Origin: an uncultured Chloroflexia bacterium | Lineage (GTDB): Bacteria > Chloroflexota > Anaerolineae > CG2-30-64-16 | Assembly (NCBI GenBank): GCA_963774265.1 | Contig: CAVZDU010000005.1 | Coordinates: 224,001 to 288,000, forward strand | DNA: 64,000 nt | Reading direction: 5' to 3' | Made by a program: the position numbers and the translations under genes | Shown: positions 29,377 to 39,176 of the stretch, piece by piece | Position numbering within the stretch: position 1 is the stretch's first letter | Layout of the letters: each line of letters begins with the position of its first letter | Notes under the pieces: model-generated | Told to the model about the DNA's origin: nothing | Seen by the model: the letters and a program-made list of their open reading frames with translations, nothing else | Databases searched by the model: none

Positions 29377-31789
29377 ATGGGCTGGATCATCCTGGCCATC
29401 ATCTGGCTTGCTGCGCTCGCCGATCGCGCTGGTCCTTGTTTCGCAGGCAGCGTTTGCGCACGCCGTGGCATCTCGACGTGGCCGCCTTGGGCTGCTGGCG
29501 CTGGCGGTTCTGGGCTTCTTCTGGCGGGTCGTCACGGGGGAGAACTGGATGCCCGCCGACGGCGGCGACCTGGTCTCGTTCCTCTTCCCGACCTACCGTT
29601 TCGCCGCCGCGAGCCTGGCTCACGGCGCCTGGCCGCTCTGGAATCCGTACCTGTACGGCGGCGCGCCGCACGTCGGCGATATCCAGGCCGGCTTCCTCTA
29701 TCCGCCGAACCTGCTTCTCTTCCTCACGAACCCGACGTTTCCCTTACGCCGCGCTGCAGTCGCTGAGCATGGCGCACATCTGGTTTGCCGGCGCAGGCAT
29801 GTACCTGCTGCTGGCCCGCGGCTTCGGGCTGCGCCGCGTGGCTGCGCTGGCCGGCGCGCTGGCCTTCATGTTCTCCGATGCCTTCCTCACGCACTTCGGC
29901 AACCTGAACCTCAATGCCGCGCTGAGCTGGCTGCCGTGGGTTTTCTGGGCGTGGCTGGGGGTGTTGGCGGGGCAACGGCTGACCGCGGTCCGCGCCTGGC
30001 GGGGCGTGGCGGTCAGCGCAGTCCTGCTGGCGCTCTCGATCTCGGCCGGGCACATCCAGGCGACCTGTTCATCATTCTCGGCGCTCGGGCTGTACACCGC
30101 GTTCTGGCTTTGGCTGCGGCGGGACGAACCGAGGCCCTGGCGCCGAGCCTTGTGGACTGCGCTCTGGGCTACGGGGTGATGGTTCTCCTCGCAGCCCTGT
30201 TGGCCGCGCCGGTGCTGCTGCCCGCCTGCAGCTCGCGGGCCAGACGGTCCGCGCGGAGTGGAACTACACAGCCACGCGGCAGGCTACTCGCTCTCGCCGG
30301 CCCAGCTGATCGGCTGGCTGATCCCCGGCTTCTTCGGCCGCGGACCCGCAGTTCCACTGGGGGCTGTGGCCGCGCGTGGAGGTGGGCTACCTCGGCATCC
30401 TGCCGCTGGTCCTGGCCGGCCTGGCCGTGGCCCTGCAGCGCCGGGCGGCAGGCAAAGTCATCTGGCCCTGGGCGGCCCTGGCCTGCGTGAGCCTTGCGCT
30501 GGCCCTCGGCATCTACGCCATCCCGCACGGCTGGCTGACGCTGTTGCCCGGCTTCGGCCAGTTGCGCGCGCCCGCGCGGTTCGTCGTGCTCACCGACTTC
30601 GCGCTGGCCGCCCTGGCTGCCTGGGGCCTCGACGCGCTCCTGCGGCCGCTGGCCGAAGAGGACGGCCGGACGATCGCGAACTGGACACGCGGCCTGGCCT
30701 GGGCGGCCGCCGCGACCTTCGGCATCATCCTGCCCCTGGCCTATGTGACGCTCCTCCTGGTGCAAAGCCAGGATGCTGCGATCGTCAGCCGCGTCTCGGT
30801 CACCTTGATCGGTGTCGTCTCTTTCGCCGCCTTGCTCGTGGCCAGCCTGGCCTGGCTCGTGGCGCGGCGTAAGGAGTTCGGCCGGCCGGCCACGCTGGGC
30901 TGGCTCGCCCTCGCGCTGATCTTCTTCGATGTCGCCAGCCTGGGCGCGTACGTCGACACTGGGCCAGGTCGACCCCAGCGCGACGTTCGAGCATGACGAA
31001 ATCGCCGCGTTCCTGGCGGCGCAGCCCGGGCCGTTCCGCATCGACAGCCGCACGCAGATCGAAGACTTGTGGCAGCCGGATACGGCGCTGCTTTACGGCC
31101 TGGAAGAGGTTGGGGGCTTGACCAACCCGCTCCTCCTGGCCGACGTCGATCGCTATTGGCAGGCGCTCGGCTCCCGTTCGACCCCCCTGTACGACCTGCT
31201 CAACGTGCGCTACGTCCTGGGGAAGAAGGATGTCGTGCTGGACTGGGACAAATTCGGCCTGGTCTACGACGGCGATCCGGAGTTGAACGTCTACGAAAAC
31301 CGCCGTGCGCTGCCGCGCACGTTTATCGTGCCCGCGGTTCAGCTCGTGGCCTCGCACGAGGCCGCGCTTGAGGCCATCGGCGCCGGGAACTTCGACCCGA
31401 CCGCGACCGCGATCATCGAAGGTCCGGCCGACCTTGCCGCCGGCGGCGTGATCGCCAGCGCCGCAGGCGCTGGCGCAGTGACCGACTTGCGCACCGGGCC
31501 GAACCGCCTGTCGTTTCGCACGAATACGGATGCTCCCGCACTCGTTTTTGTGAGCCAGGTGTGGTATCCCGGTTGGCAGGTCTCCATCGACGGCCGGCCT
31601 GCTGGTGCGCCGTTGCGCGCGGACTATCTGTTCCAGGCTGTGGGCGTGCCGCAAGGCGAGCACCGGGTGGAATTGCGTTTTGCCCCGGACCTGTGGCGGA
31701 CAGGCTGGCTGCTTGCCGCGGGCGTGTCGCTTTTGATGGTCATTGGAGCTGTATTGAGCTTGATCTCTCGGAGGAAACATGGCGATTGA
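29377..31789 (+). CDS. YfhO-family multi-TM protein, putative GT-C glycosyltransferase (multiple frameshifts)
   Basis: GDLVSFLFP...WPLWNPYLYGGAPHVGDIQAGFLYPPN, ALAFMFS, GHIQ, YLGILPL, LRAPARF, LLNVRYVL, YENRRALPR, SQVWYPGWQVSIDG, RADYLFQAV. Confidence 0.85.
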
Positions 31790-32567
31790 TGCACCCGTCC
31801 ACTGCAACGCAGTCAACTTCAACCGCGTCCTGAACGCCGGCCTGCCGGTTTTGGTCGTGTTATGGCGCCACGATTGCCCTGCGTGTGAGCAGTTGAACCC
31901 GATATTGGACCGATTGGCGAAGGCGTATGCGGACAAGGCATTGGTGGTGAAGGTGAATGCGGACGATGAGTCGGCGCTCAGCCAGCGTCTCGGCGCGTCC
32001 AGCCTGCCCGCGCTCTTCCTCTACAAGGAGGGCAAGGAGGTCGAGCGGGGCGTTGGCGCCGCGGCCGAGCAAGATCTGGCTGCCTGGCTCGATCACCTGC
32101 CGCGGGAATGGCGCACGACCTGCCGCGCCCTCGGGCCCGAGCACACCGCTGCGGCCCGGGGCCGGCGCCCCCGAGCCGCGACCGCATCCACGGCGAGCCG
32201 GCCTCCGGCGCAGTCGCCGCAGGGCGCCGCGACGGATGTGAAGGCCGGGCCGATCGTCCTCACCGACGCGAACTTCGAGCAAACCATCCGCAGCAGCAAG
32301 GCGCCGGTGCTCGTCGACTTCTGGGCCGTGTGGTGCGTCCCGTGCAAGATGATCGCGCCGCACGTCGCGGCGTTAGCGCAGGAGTTCGCCGGCCGCGCGG
32401 TCGTGGCCAAGATGAACGTCGACGAGAACCCGCAAACCGCGGGGCAATACGGCATTATGAGCATCCCCACGCTCCTGATCTTCAGCGGCGGCAAGGTTGT
32501 GGATCAGATCGTCGGCGCGCAGCCGGCCGCCGTGCTGCGGCAGCGGTTGGCGCGGGTGGTGGGGTAG
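31779..32567 (+). CDS. Tandem two-domain thioredoxin
   Basis: Domain 1 WRHDCPAC; domain 2 VLVDFWAVWCVPCKMIAP...YGIMSIPTL. Confidence 0.9.
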   Translation: MAIDAPVHCNAVNFNRVLNAGLPVLVVLWRHDCPACEQLNPILDRLAKAYADKALVVKVNADDESALSQRLGASSLPALFLYKEGKEVERGVGAAAEQDLAAWLDHLPREWRTTCRALGPEHTAAARGRRPRAATASTASRPPAQSPQGAATDVKAGPIVLTDANFEQTIRSSKAPVLVDFWAVWCVPCKMIAPHVAALAQEFAGRAVVAKMNVDENPQTAGQYGIMSIPTLLIFSGGKVVDQIVGAQPAAVLRQRLARVVG

Positions 32568-32664
32568 CTCCTCGCTCGATGTCGTCACAGTGCAGTCACA
32601 CTGACTGACGGGTGCGCCATTAAATCCACTCTGCCGGCCTGTCATAGAACGGACGCAAGAAACC

Positions 32665-32938
32665 ATGTGTCGAAACATCAAGACGCTCTACAACTTTGAC
32701 CCGCCGGTCACCGAGGAAGAGATCCACGCCGCAGCGCTGCAGTTCGTCAGGAAGATCAGCGGCTTCAACACACCCTCCAAGATGAATGAGGCCGCCTTCC
32801 ACGCCGCAGTCGACGACATCGCGCGGATCTCGGGCAAATTGCTGGCTTCGCTCGAATCGACCGCCGCGCCGAAGAACCGACAGGCTGAGGCAGCCAGGGC
32901 GAAGGCGCGCCGGCGCGCAGCGGTTCGGGAACACCTGA
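32665..32938 (+). CDS. DUF2277 family protein (indel near C-terminus)
   Basis: MCRNIKTLYNFDPPVTEEEIHAAALQFVRKISGF..PSKMNEAAF; shifted frame ends AQRFGNT-TGA at 32938. Confidence 0.88.
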
Positions 32939-32964
32939 GGCGCCGATCTGGCACGCCTCCGCGT

Positions 32965-33240
32965 CACAGAACACCCTCAGCCTCGCCCGCCTCGGCGCGG
33001 TCGTGTCCGGCGTGGACATCAGCGATACCGCGATCGACGTCGCCCGCCGTCTCTTCGTGGACGCGGGCGTTCCCGCGACCTTCCATCGCGCGGACATGTA
33101 CGACTGGCAGCCGGGCGCAGCCCAGGAAGGGCTGCGCTTCGACCGGGTCTTCAGCTCCTACGGCGCGATCGGCTGGCTTTCCGACCTGGCGGTCTGGGCG
33201 CGTGGCATCGCCTCGGTGCTTGCGCCGGGTGGACGCCTCT
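32965..33240 (+). pseudogene. Internal fragment of a class I SAM-dependent methyltransferase
   Basis: TLSLARLGA..VSGVDISDTAIDVAR...FDRVFSSYGAIGWLSDL..W...LAPGGRL; no start region and no C-terminal half. Confidence 0.75.
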
Positions 33241-33413
33241 TGCAACACCAGATGCACGCCCTTACATGGGTTTCCGTCAATGTTCGCTTTTCCCCGACTG
33301 CAGGCATGACTCCCAAATCGGCAGCGCTCGCGTGTTCCCACCAATCCTGATGCAAGGCCCAAACTCCATCAAGCCTACTCTGTGTGGAAGCCACAAGCTC
33401 GTCCGAATCCATT

Positions 33414-34613
33414 TTATTGGCCCCACTCTCCAAACATACCGCGTACCTTCCCCCGCCCCACCAACTCGGCCAACCCCCCATAATCCGCGCGCGCTCGAAC
33501 CGGACGCGTCCCGCCACGATTGAGGGCGCAATCTCCAGCCGTTCCGCAAGCGCAATAACCTCATCTTCGTCACCCTCGCGCACCAGCCCAGGCCCCACCT
33601 CGCGCCACACCTCGTCGGGGATCAGTGCGTCGCGCGGCAGCATTCGCCTCATCCTCGCGCGGGTCGTCGTCCTCACATCCCTCCCGTTCGGTGTCGTCAA
33701 AGAACGCCACGTCATCGCGCAGATGCAGCCGCAGGTGCGCCAATTCGTGCGCCAGGGTGAACCAGAAATTGTCCAGCCGGTCGTGCCGCAAGGTCATGCC
33801 GATGATCGGAGCACCCACTGGCGCGCGGAAACAGGCGCCGTCCAGGTACGTCCCCGGGAGATGCTTGGCCACCACAAAGTGAACGCCGCGCTTTTGCAGC
33901 AACTCGCGCACCAGCGCCGGCCCTTCCGTGTAGTAGCTCAGGTGCATCGCCTTGGACATGAACCCTTCGTCGATCCCTTGCTCCGTGAAGGGAGGCAGCG
34001 CCTGGGTCGCGGCCAGCGTCACCGCGCGCGCCTGCCACGCCCGCAGCGCGTTCATATCCATCCCGCGCTCCGACCGGCGACACAGAACCAGCTCAGCCGA
34101 GCGAGGGCCGAGCACGGCAAAAAACTGCTCCAACAATTCCTCCGCATACTCCCGCGCCTCGCTCAACTTGCCACGGTACTCCCCGAAATACCCGCGCTTC
34201 AGCATCTCCCCAAAAGGGTAGTCGCGCCAGTCGAAGTGGTTTTCGGGCAACTTGCGCCCTGGCTCCTGCAGCAGAACCGCGGCCGGAATGCCCAGTCCTT
34301 CGTGGAGGCCGCGCATCATCGCCAGGCTCAGCGGTCGCTTGCGGTTCAGTATTTCCGACACCTTGCTTGGGCTGCCGATATACTTGGCCAAGTCCTTGCG
34401 CGTCAACCCTTCCTGGTCCATCCGGAACAGGATCGCATCGATCGGGTCCGGCAACCCGATCGGGTAGTGCTCTTTCTCGTACTGCTCGATCAGCAGCCCG
34501 AACAGCTCCAGCTCCGCTTCTTCGGGCGAGCCGGGCGCGGCGTCCATCAGGCCAGCCATGTGCGCCAGCGCGGCCTCATACTCCGCCTCGGTCTTAAGTA
34601 CTTTGGGTTTCAT
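33414..34613 (-). CDS. higA: HigA-like XRE antitoxin fused to an ImmA/IrrE-type Zn metallopeptidase (indels near 33640 and 33490)
   Basis: MKPKVLKTEAEYEAAL...PDPIDAILFRMDQ...SKVSEILNRKRPLSLAMMRGLH; YLDGA, LRHDRLDNFWFTLAHELAH (HExxH); EDEAN; PSIVAGRVRFE. Confidence 0.88.
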
Positions 34614-34906
34614 CAGATCTTCTCCGCATCGATCCGGTCGTACTCCTTATGAGTCCCCACGAACCGGATGAAAACAAACCCCGTGTTGTAGTGAATCTGC
34701 ACGATTAGGCGGTAATGATTGCCTTTGATGTTGAACACGACGCGATTGCCGGGCAGAACGTCCGCAGTGCGATACCGGTCACGAATGTCTTGCGGAGTGG
34801 TCCATCGCGCCTCTTCGGCTTCCGCCGCCCAAGCTTTTAGATCGTTCTCGACGTCCCGGTGCAATTCCCAGAAGGTGCGCAATGTCTTGACAGCAACGAT
34901 TCTCAT
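34613..34906 (-). CDS. higB: HigB-family mRNA interferase toxin
   Basis: MRIVAVKTLRTFW...W..PQDI...RVVFNIKGNHYRLIV...FIRFVGTHKEYDRID. Confidence 0.93.
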   Translation of the reverse strand: MRIVAVKTLRTFWELHRDVENDLKAWAAEAEEARWTTPQDIRDRYRTADVLPGNRVVFNIKGNHYRLIVQIHYNTGFVFIRFVGTHKEYDRIDAEKI

Positions 34907-34910
34907 AAGT

Positions 34911-34939
34911 ATGATATTCCCATTCTGGGAAATTGTCAA
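34911..34939 (-). promoter_or_regulatory. Leaderless higBA promoter with operator palindrome
   Basis: Minus strand TTGACA, 17 bp, TATCAT, 4 nt, ATG; the spacer holds TTCCCA-GAA-TGGGAA (34917-34931). Confidence 0.8.
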
Positions 34940-35092
34940 GTAGCTTCCCTTGGTGGTATAATGGCAAACGAGGGGTACTCTTTCCTACAGTGGTTCCAAG
35001 ATTCTGAATGGCCCGCGTCATTATAGCAGATTAGAATTCCGGGCGGACATTCAAGCAGTGGATCAGGCGATTTGTAGTATGGGGAGGTGAGT

Positions 35093-35353
35093 ATGGACGA
35101 GATCATCTTTGAAGGGAAGCATCTGCATCTCTGTCGCGCGGCGAACGGCTGGGAGTACGTGCACCGGTCCAAAGCCAGCCAGGGTGTCACCATGATGGCG
35201 ACCACGATTGAGAACAAGCTCGTCCTCGTGGAGCAGCACCGGACGCCGCTGGCGCGGCGCACGATCGAGCTGCCGGTAGGGCTCGTGGAAGGGCCGCGGG
35301 CAGGCGGGCGCCGCGAAGTGATCTCATCCACCACATGGAGGTCCTTGACATAG
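35093..35353 (+). pseudogene. Truncated NUDIX hydrolase (ADP-ribose pyrophosphatase-like N-terminus)
   Basis: IIFEGKHL...WEYVHR...LVLVEQHRTPLARRTIELPVGLVE, then similarity stops at the start of the Nudix box. Confidence 0.75.
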
Positions 35354-35373
35354 CGCTCAAGAACCATTATGCT
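35345..35373 (+). promoter_or_regulatory. Sigma70 promoter for the second TA pair
   Basis: TTGACA (35345-35350), 17 bp, TATGCT (35368-35373); GGAGG RBS before ATG 35406. Confidence 0.65.
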
Positions 35374-35405
35374 TACGGCGATACGGCAAGCTGTATGGAG
35401 GTACT

Positions 35406-35681
35406 ATGACTACCAAGTTGACTGTAGTCGTGCCGGACGATTTGCACCGTCGGGCAAGGGCGGTGGCTGCTTTGCGTGGGGAAAACATCTCGAATGTGGT
35501 GCGGGAAGCGCTGCAGGACTACGTCATCGATGCACTGCAGGACGCAGACGACGCCCGCATGGCGAAGGAGATTCGAGCGCGGATCAATCAAGGCGACCAA
35601 CGGACCTACTCCCACGATGAGATCTGGGCTGAGATAGCAGACCTGGAGGCTCGGGGTGAGTTATCGGCTCAGGTACAGTGA
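35406..35681 (+). CDS. Ribbon-helix-helix antitoxin
   Basis: KLTVVVPDDLHRRARAVAALRGENISNVVREALQDY, acidic tail with YSHDEIWAE; upstream of a RelE-type toxin. Confidence 0.82.
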   Translation: MTTKLTVVVPDDLHRRARAVAALRGENISNVVREALQDYVIDALQDADDARMAKEIRARINQGDQRTYSHDEIWAEIADLEARGELSAQVQ

Positions 35682-35949
35682 GGAAACCCGGCGAGCGCTG
35701 CGCATTCTACCGGGTTTTTATCGTCAACGAGTCAAACGCATCGTTGAGCAACTGAGCGAAGAAGCGCGTCCCGCCAAAGCAAAAGCTCCGCGTGATCTCG
35801 AGGACGGTTGGCGCATCCGAGTGGGTTCATGGCGGATCATCTACCAGGTTGATGAGGATGGCGGGGAAATCTATATCCTGGCCAGCCGCGAGAAGACCGG
35901 ACCCGAAACGTATCAAGATCTTCTCGCAGATGACCTTACGAAGGACTAA
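35656..35949 (+). CDS. RelE/ParE-family toxin
   Basis: MSYRLRYS...RP..AK....GWRIRVGSWRIIYQVDE. Confidence 0.87.
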   Translation: MSYRLRYSEETRRALRILPGFYRQRVKRIVEQLSEEARPAKAKAPRDLEDGWRIRVGSWRIIYQVDEDGGEIYILASREKTGPETYQDLLADDLTKD

Positions 35950-36776
35950 AACGCCTCCAGAAACTCCTGGACCTGGTCATACCGGAAGACCGGCCCATCC
36001 TGGCAGATGTACTGGTCCCCGACGTTGCAGCGGCCGCACTTGCCGAGCCCGCACTTCATCTTGCTCTCCAGGGTCATGATCACCTGCTCGGGAGCGAAGC
36101 CGAGCCGGTCGAGCTCCTTGAGCACGAACTTGATCATGATCGGCGGCCCACAGGTGATCGCGACCGCATTATCGGGCGAGGGCGCAACCTGCGCCAGGAC
36201 CTGCGTGATCAGCCCGACCTGGCCGGTCCAACCCTCCGTCCCCTTGTCCACGGTGACGTGCATGGTCGTGCGCGGGGCAGCGCCCCACTCCTCGAACTCG
36301 TCACGAAACACGAGCAGCTCAGGCGAGCGCGCGGCGCAGAAGAGCTCCAGCGGCCCGTATTCGTCCCGGTGGTCGAGGATCTCCTGGATCACCGGCCGCA
36401 GGGGCGCAAGCCCGATGCCGCCGCCCAGGATGATGATGCGCCTGTCCCCCTTGAGCTGGTCCATCGGGAAGCAGTTGCCCATCGGTCCGCGCACGCCGAC
36501 CAAGTCGCCCGGCTGCATCTCGTGCAGGGCGTCGGTGACCGTGCCGATCCGCTGCACCGCGAACTCCGCGAGGCCGCCACTGCGCGCCTCGCTCACGGCC
36601 AGGCCAAACGGCGCCTCGCCCACCCCGATGGCTGATAGGAAGCCGAACTGGCCCGGCCGGTAGTGGAGCTCCGCCCCCTTGTCGATGAACTCGCAGCGAA
36701 ACAGCTTGATGCCCGTCGCCAGGTCGCGGATCTCGGTCAGGCGAGCCAGGGCAGGTAGGAATGGATTATCGTTCAT
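35946..36776 (-). CDS. flxA: FAD/NAD-binding 2Fe-2S oxidoreductase (FlxA/AsrB/PyrK-like)
   Basis: YRPGQF, GEAPF, VRGPMGNCF, GGGIGLAPLR, TCGPPIM, KMKCGLGKCGRC...CQDGPVF; ATG 36776 overlaps the upstream stop. Confidence 0.85.
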   Translation of the reverse strand: MNDNPFLPALARLTEIRDLATGIKLFRCEFIDKGAELHYRPGQFGFLSAIGVGEAPFGLAVSEARSGGLAEFAVQRIGTVTDALHEMQPGDLVGVRGPMGNCFPMDQLKGDRRIIILGGGIGLAPLRPVIQEILDHRDEYGPLELFCAARSPELLVFRDEFEEWGAAPRTTMHVTVDKGTEGWTGQVGLITQVLAQVAPSPDNAVAITCGPPIMIKFVLKELDRLGFAPEQVIMTLESKMKCGLGKCGRCNVGDQYICQDGPVFRYDQVQEFLEAF

Positions 36777-37826
36777 GCCGAAACCCTCTCGGCGGCTGCG
36801 GTCGCAACCGCCGCAGTCGCAACTGCCGCGATCGAAATCGCCGCGATCACTTCGCGGATGTCGATGTTGACCGGGCAGTCCACCACGCAGCGGCCGCAGC
36901 CGACGCATAGCGCCACGCCTTCGCGCTCGGGGTAGTACAGGAACTTGTGCATGTAGCGCTGGCGCTGCCGCGCGGCCTGGGTCGGCCGAGGGTTGTGCCC
37001 GCCCGCGATGGCGAAACACTGCATGCCCTGGCACGAGTCCCAGCAGCGCAGCCGCTCGATGCGTCCCGTCAGGCAGCGCCCGGTCCCGCACGTCGAAACA
37101 GTAGCACACGGGGCAGTCGTAGGTGCAGGTGCGGCACCCCAGGCAGCGCTGGGCCAGCTCCGTCCAGAACGCGGCATCGAACTGCGCGCGCCACGCCGAG
37201 GACGGGGGCATCCGGAGGTCGGGCGCATCCCGCGGGGTCAATGCCGGAAGATCGCGCGGCTCTGTCTTCGCGCCGGACAGCAGCTGCCGGCCCTTCTCGG
37301 TGACCGCGTCGATCGCATAGTCGTCCCCGTGACGCGTGAGCATCACATCCAGGAACCGGCTGTCAGCCGGCCCGCCGCCCAGCGTTTCGCAGAAGCACCC
37401 CTCGTACTGCTGCTCGCACGCCCAGCCCACCACGGTGGTGTTGGCGCGCCGCGCCTTGTAGTAGGGGTCGACCGGGTCAGCGAGCAGCAGGCGATCCAAC
37501 ACGTCCAGCGCCTTGCCGTCGCACGGCCGCGCGCCGAACAGCACTTGCGGCCGCGTCGCCAGGGGCGCCTCGACCTGCAAGCCGGCCGGCCCCGTCCGCC
37601 AGCGCACGATCGCCTCGCTGGGAGGGAAGAAGAACTCCTTGGCCGGGTTGGCGGTCCGTCCCGCGTCCCAGGCCACCTCGCCGGCCGATCCGATGATCGC
37701 GAAGAAGTCGCGGCCCTCGCGTTGCACCGGCGCACTGACGGTGTAGGCCGCGCCTCCGGCGCCGCTCTGCAGCAGGCTCTCCAGCCACCGGCTCAGCTCC
37801 TGGCGGGAGATGATCTCTCGGTTCAT
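36773..37826 (-). CDS. flxB: 4Fe-4S dicluster protein (FlxB/AsrA-like; frameshift near 37065)
   Basis: PAKEFFFPPSE, FGARPCD, CFC, RCLGCRTCTYDCPVCYCF, RLRCWDSC, RQRYMHK, CVGCGRCVVDCPVNID. Confidence 0.85.
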
Positions 37827-39157
37827 GCGTGACCTCCTGCCAGCTCATCCTTGGTGAACACTGTGAACGGCAGCGCCGCGTCGGCCCGCAGCCCCGCCTG
37901 ATAGCCCGTCCCTTTGGCGCCGTCCGGCCCGAAGTGGCGCGCCATTTCGCGCGCCACCTTCTGGTTCAGCAACCCCAGCGGTATGTCCATCGGACAGGCA
38001 TTGCTGCACGCGTTGCAGCCCGTGCAGCGGCCTGCCAGGTGGAACGCGCGCATGACATGGAAGAAGGCTTGCTCGCTGCCCTCGATCGCGATGCTCTGCC
38101 AGGCGGGGTTGAGCTGCTCCGACAGGCATTCGGCGCAATAGCACATGGGGCAGGCCTGCCGGCACGCGTAACAGCGCAGGCATTTGTCGAATTGGGCATT
38201 CCAGAACGCCGCGCGCTGCGCGACGGGCCAGCCCTCCATCTCGTCCATCAGGGGCGGCGTCCCCTGAGGGGACGTGGGAGTGAGGGCGGCATCAGTGATG
38301 CCAGCATCGGCGATACAAGCATCGTACGCCGAGGCCGGCAGCGGTCCCGCGCCCGCCTCGCCCCCAAAGCCGGTATCGCCGGCCCCGATCAGGAATACGT
38401 CCTTCCGGAGGAGCTGTCCCTCGCGTATCAGGACATTGACCGCGCGTGCATCCGCGGGCCTCACCACCACGGCCGCTTTCTTGCCGTGCAGTTGGTGCAG
38501 GTAGGTCGTCAGGTTGAGGCTGGCGCCTGGGTCCCGGGGCAGGACCAGCCGGCTGGCCTGCTCGGCTGTGGTCGCGAAGAGCGGCCGCTCCCGCACGCTG
38601 CCGTTCTCCCAGCCGAGCACGAGGTCGACCTGTTTCTCCGCGAGAAGCCGGCCGGCCAGCTCCCGCAATTGCCGGGTCTGCTCCGGTCCCGGCGCTCTGC
38701 CTGCGGCTGGCGCCAACCCCGAACCTGCAGCCCGCAACCCGGGATCCGCAACCGGGGACCGCCGTCCCAGGCCGCGCACCGTCTCGGTGAATTCGCCCAC
38801 CACCCGGGCGAAGCGCGCGCCCTCGCTCGCGCTCACCCAGTCCACGCGCACCCGCTCGGGCTCGTAGCCCACGAACGACAGCAGCTCGTGCATCACCGCG
38901 AAGCGGCGCCGCGCGTGATAGTTGCCGTCGCTGTAGTGGCAGTCGCCCGGATGGCAGCCGAGCACCAGCACGCCGTCCGCACCGTCGCGCAGCGCACGGA
39001 GGACGAAGAGCGGGTCCACGCGGCCCGAGCAGGGCACCCGGACGATGCGGATGTTGGGCGGGTAACTCAGCCGGCTTGTGCCGGCCAGGTCCGCGCCGGC
39101 GTACGAGCACCAGTTGCACAAGAAGCCGACGATCCTCGGCTCGAAATTATCTGTCAT
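37823..39157 (-). CDS. MvhD-like 2Fe-2S domain fused to a 4Fe-4S dicluster domain (FlxD-FlxC fusion)
   Basis: FLCNWCSYAGADLAG, VPCSGRV, GCHPGDCHY; C-terminal KCLRCYACRQACPMCYC and AGRCTGCNACSNACPMDI. Confidence 0.88.
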   Translation of the reverse strand: MTDNFEPRIVGFLCNWCSYAGADLAGTSRLSYPPNIRIVRVPCSGRVDPLFVLRALRDGADGVLVLGCHPGDCHYSDGNYHARRRFAVMHELLSFVGYEPERVRVDWVSASEGARFARVVGEFTETVRGLGRRSPVADPGLRAAGSGLAPAAGRAPGPEQTRQLRELAGRLLAEKQVDLVLGWENGSVRERPLFATTAEQASRLVLPRDPGASLNLTTYLHQLHGKKAAVVVRPADARAVNVLIREGQLLRKDVFLIGAGDTGFGGEAGAGPLPASAYDACIADAGITDAALTPTSPQGTPPLMDEMEGWPVAQRAAFWNAQFDKCLRCYACRQACPMCYCAECLSEQLNPAWQSIAIEGSEQAFFHVMRAFHLAGRCTGCNACSNACPMDIPLGLLNQKVAREMARHFGPDGAKGTGYQAGLRADAALPFTVFTKDELAGGHA

Positions 39158-39176
39158 AGCCGACTCCTGGGTCCTC

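Noticed and set aside
28653-30179. Long alternative-frame and antisense ORFs (also 37829..39280, 59299..60966, 17804..19204, 33384..34652)
   Set aside because: Shadow ORFs of real genes in high-GC DNA; Arg/Pro/Ala-rich with no motifs of their own.
35946-37826. 626-aa FlxB-FlxA fusion
   Set aside because: The middle is out-of-frame text; the true FlxB C-terminus is in ORF 36773..37228 and ends in an ATGA overlap with flxA.
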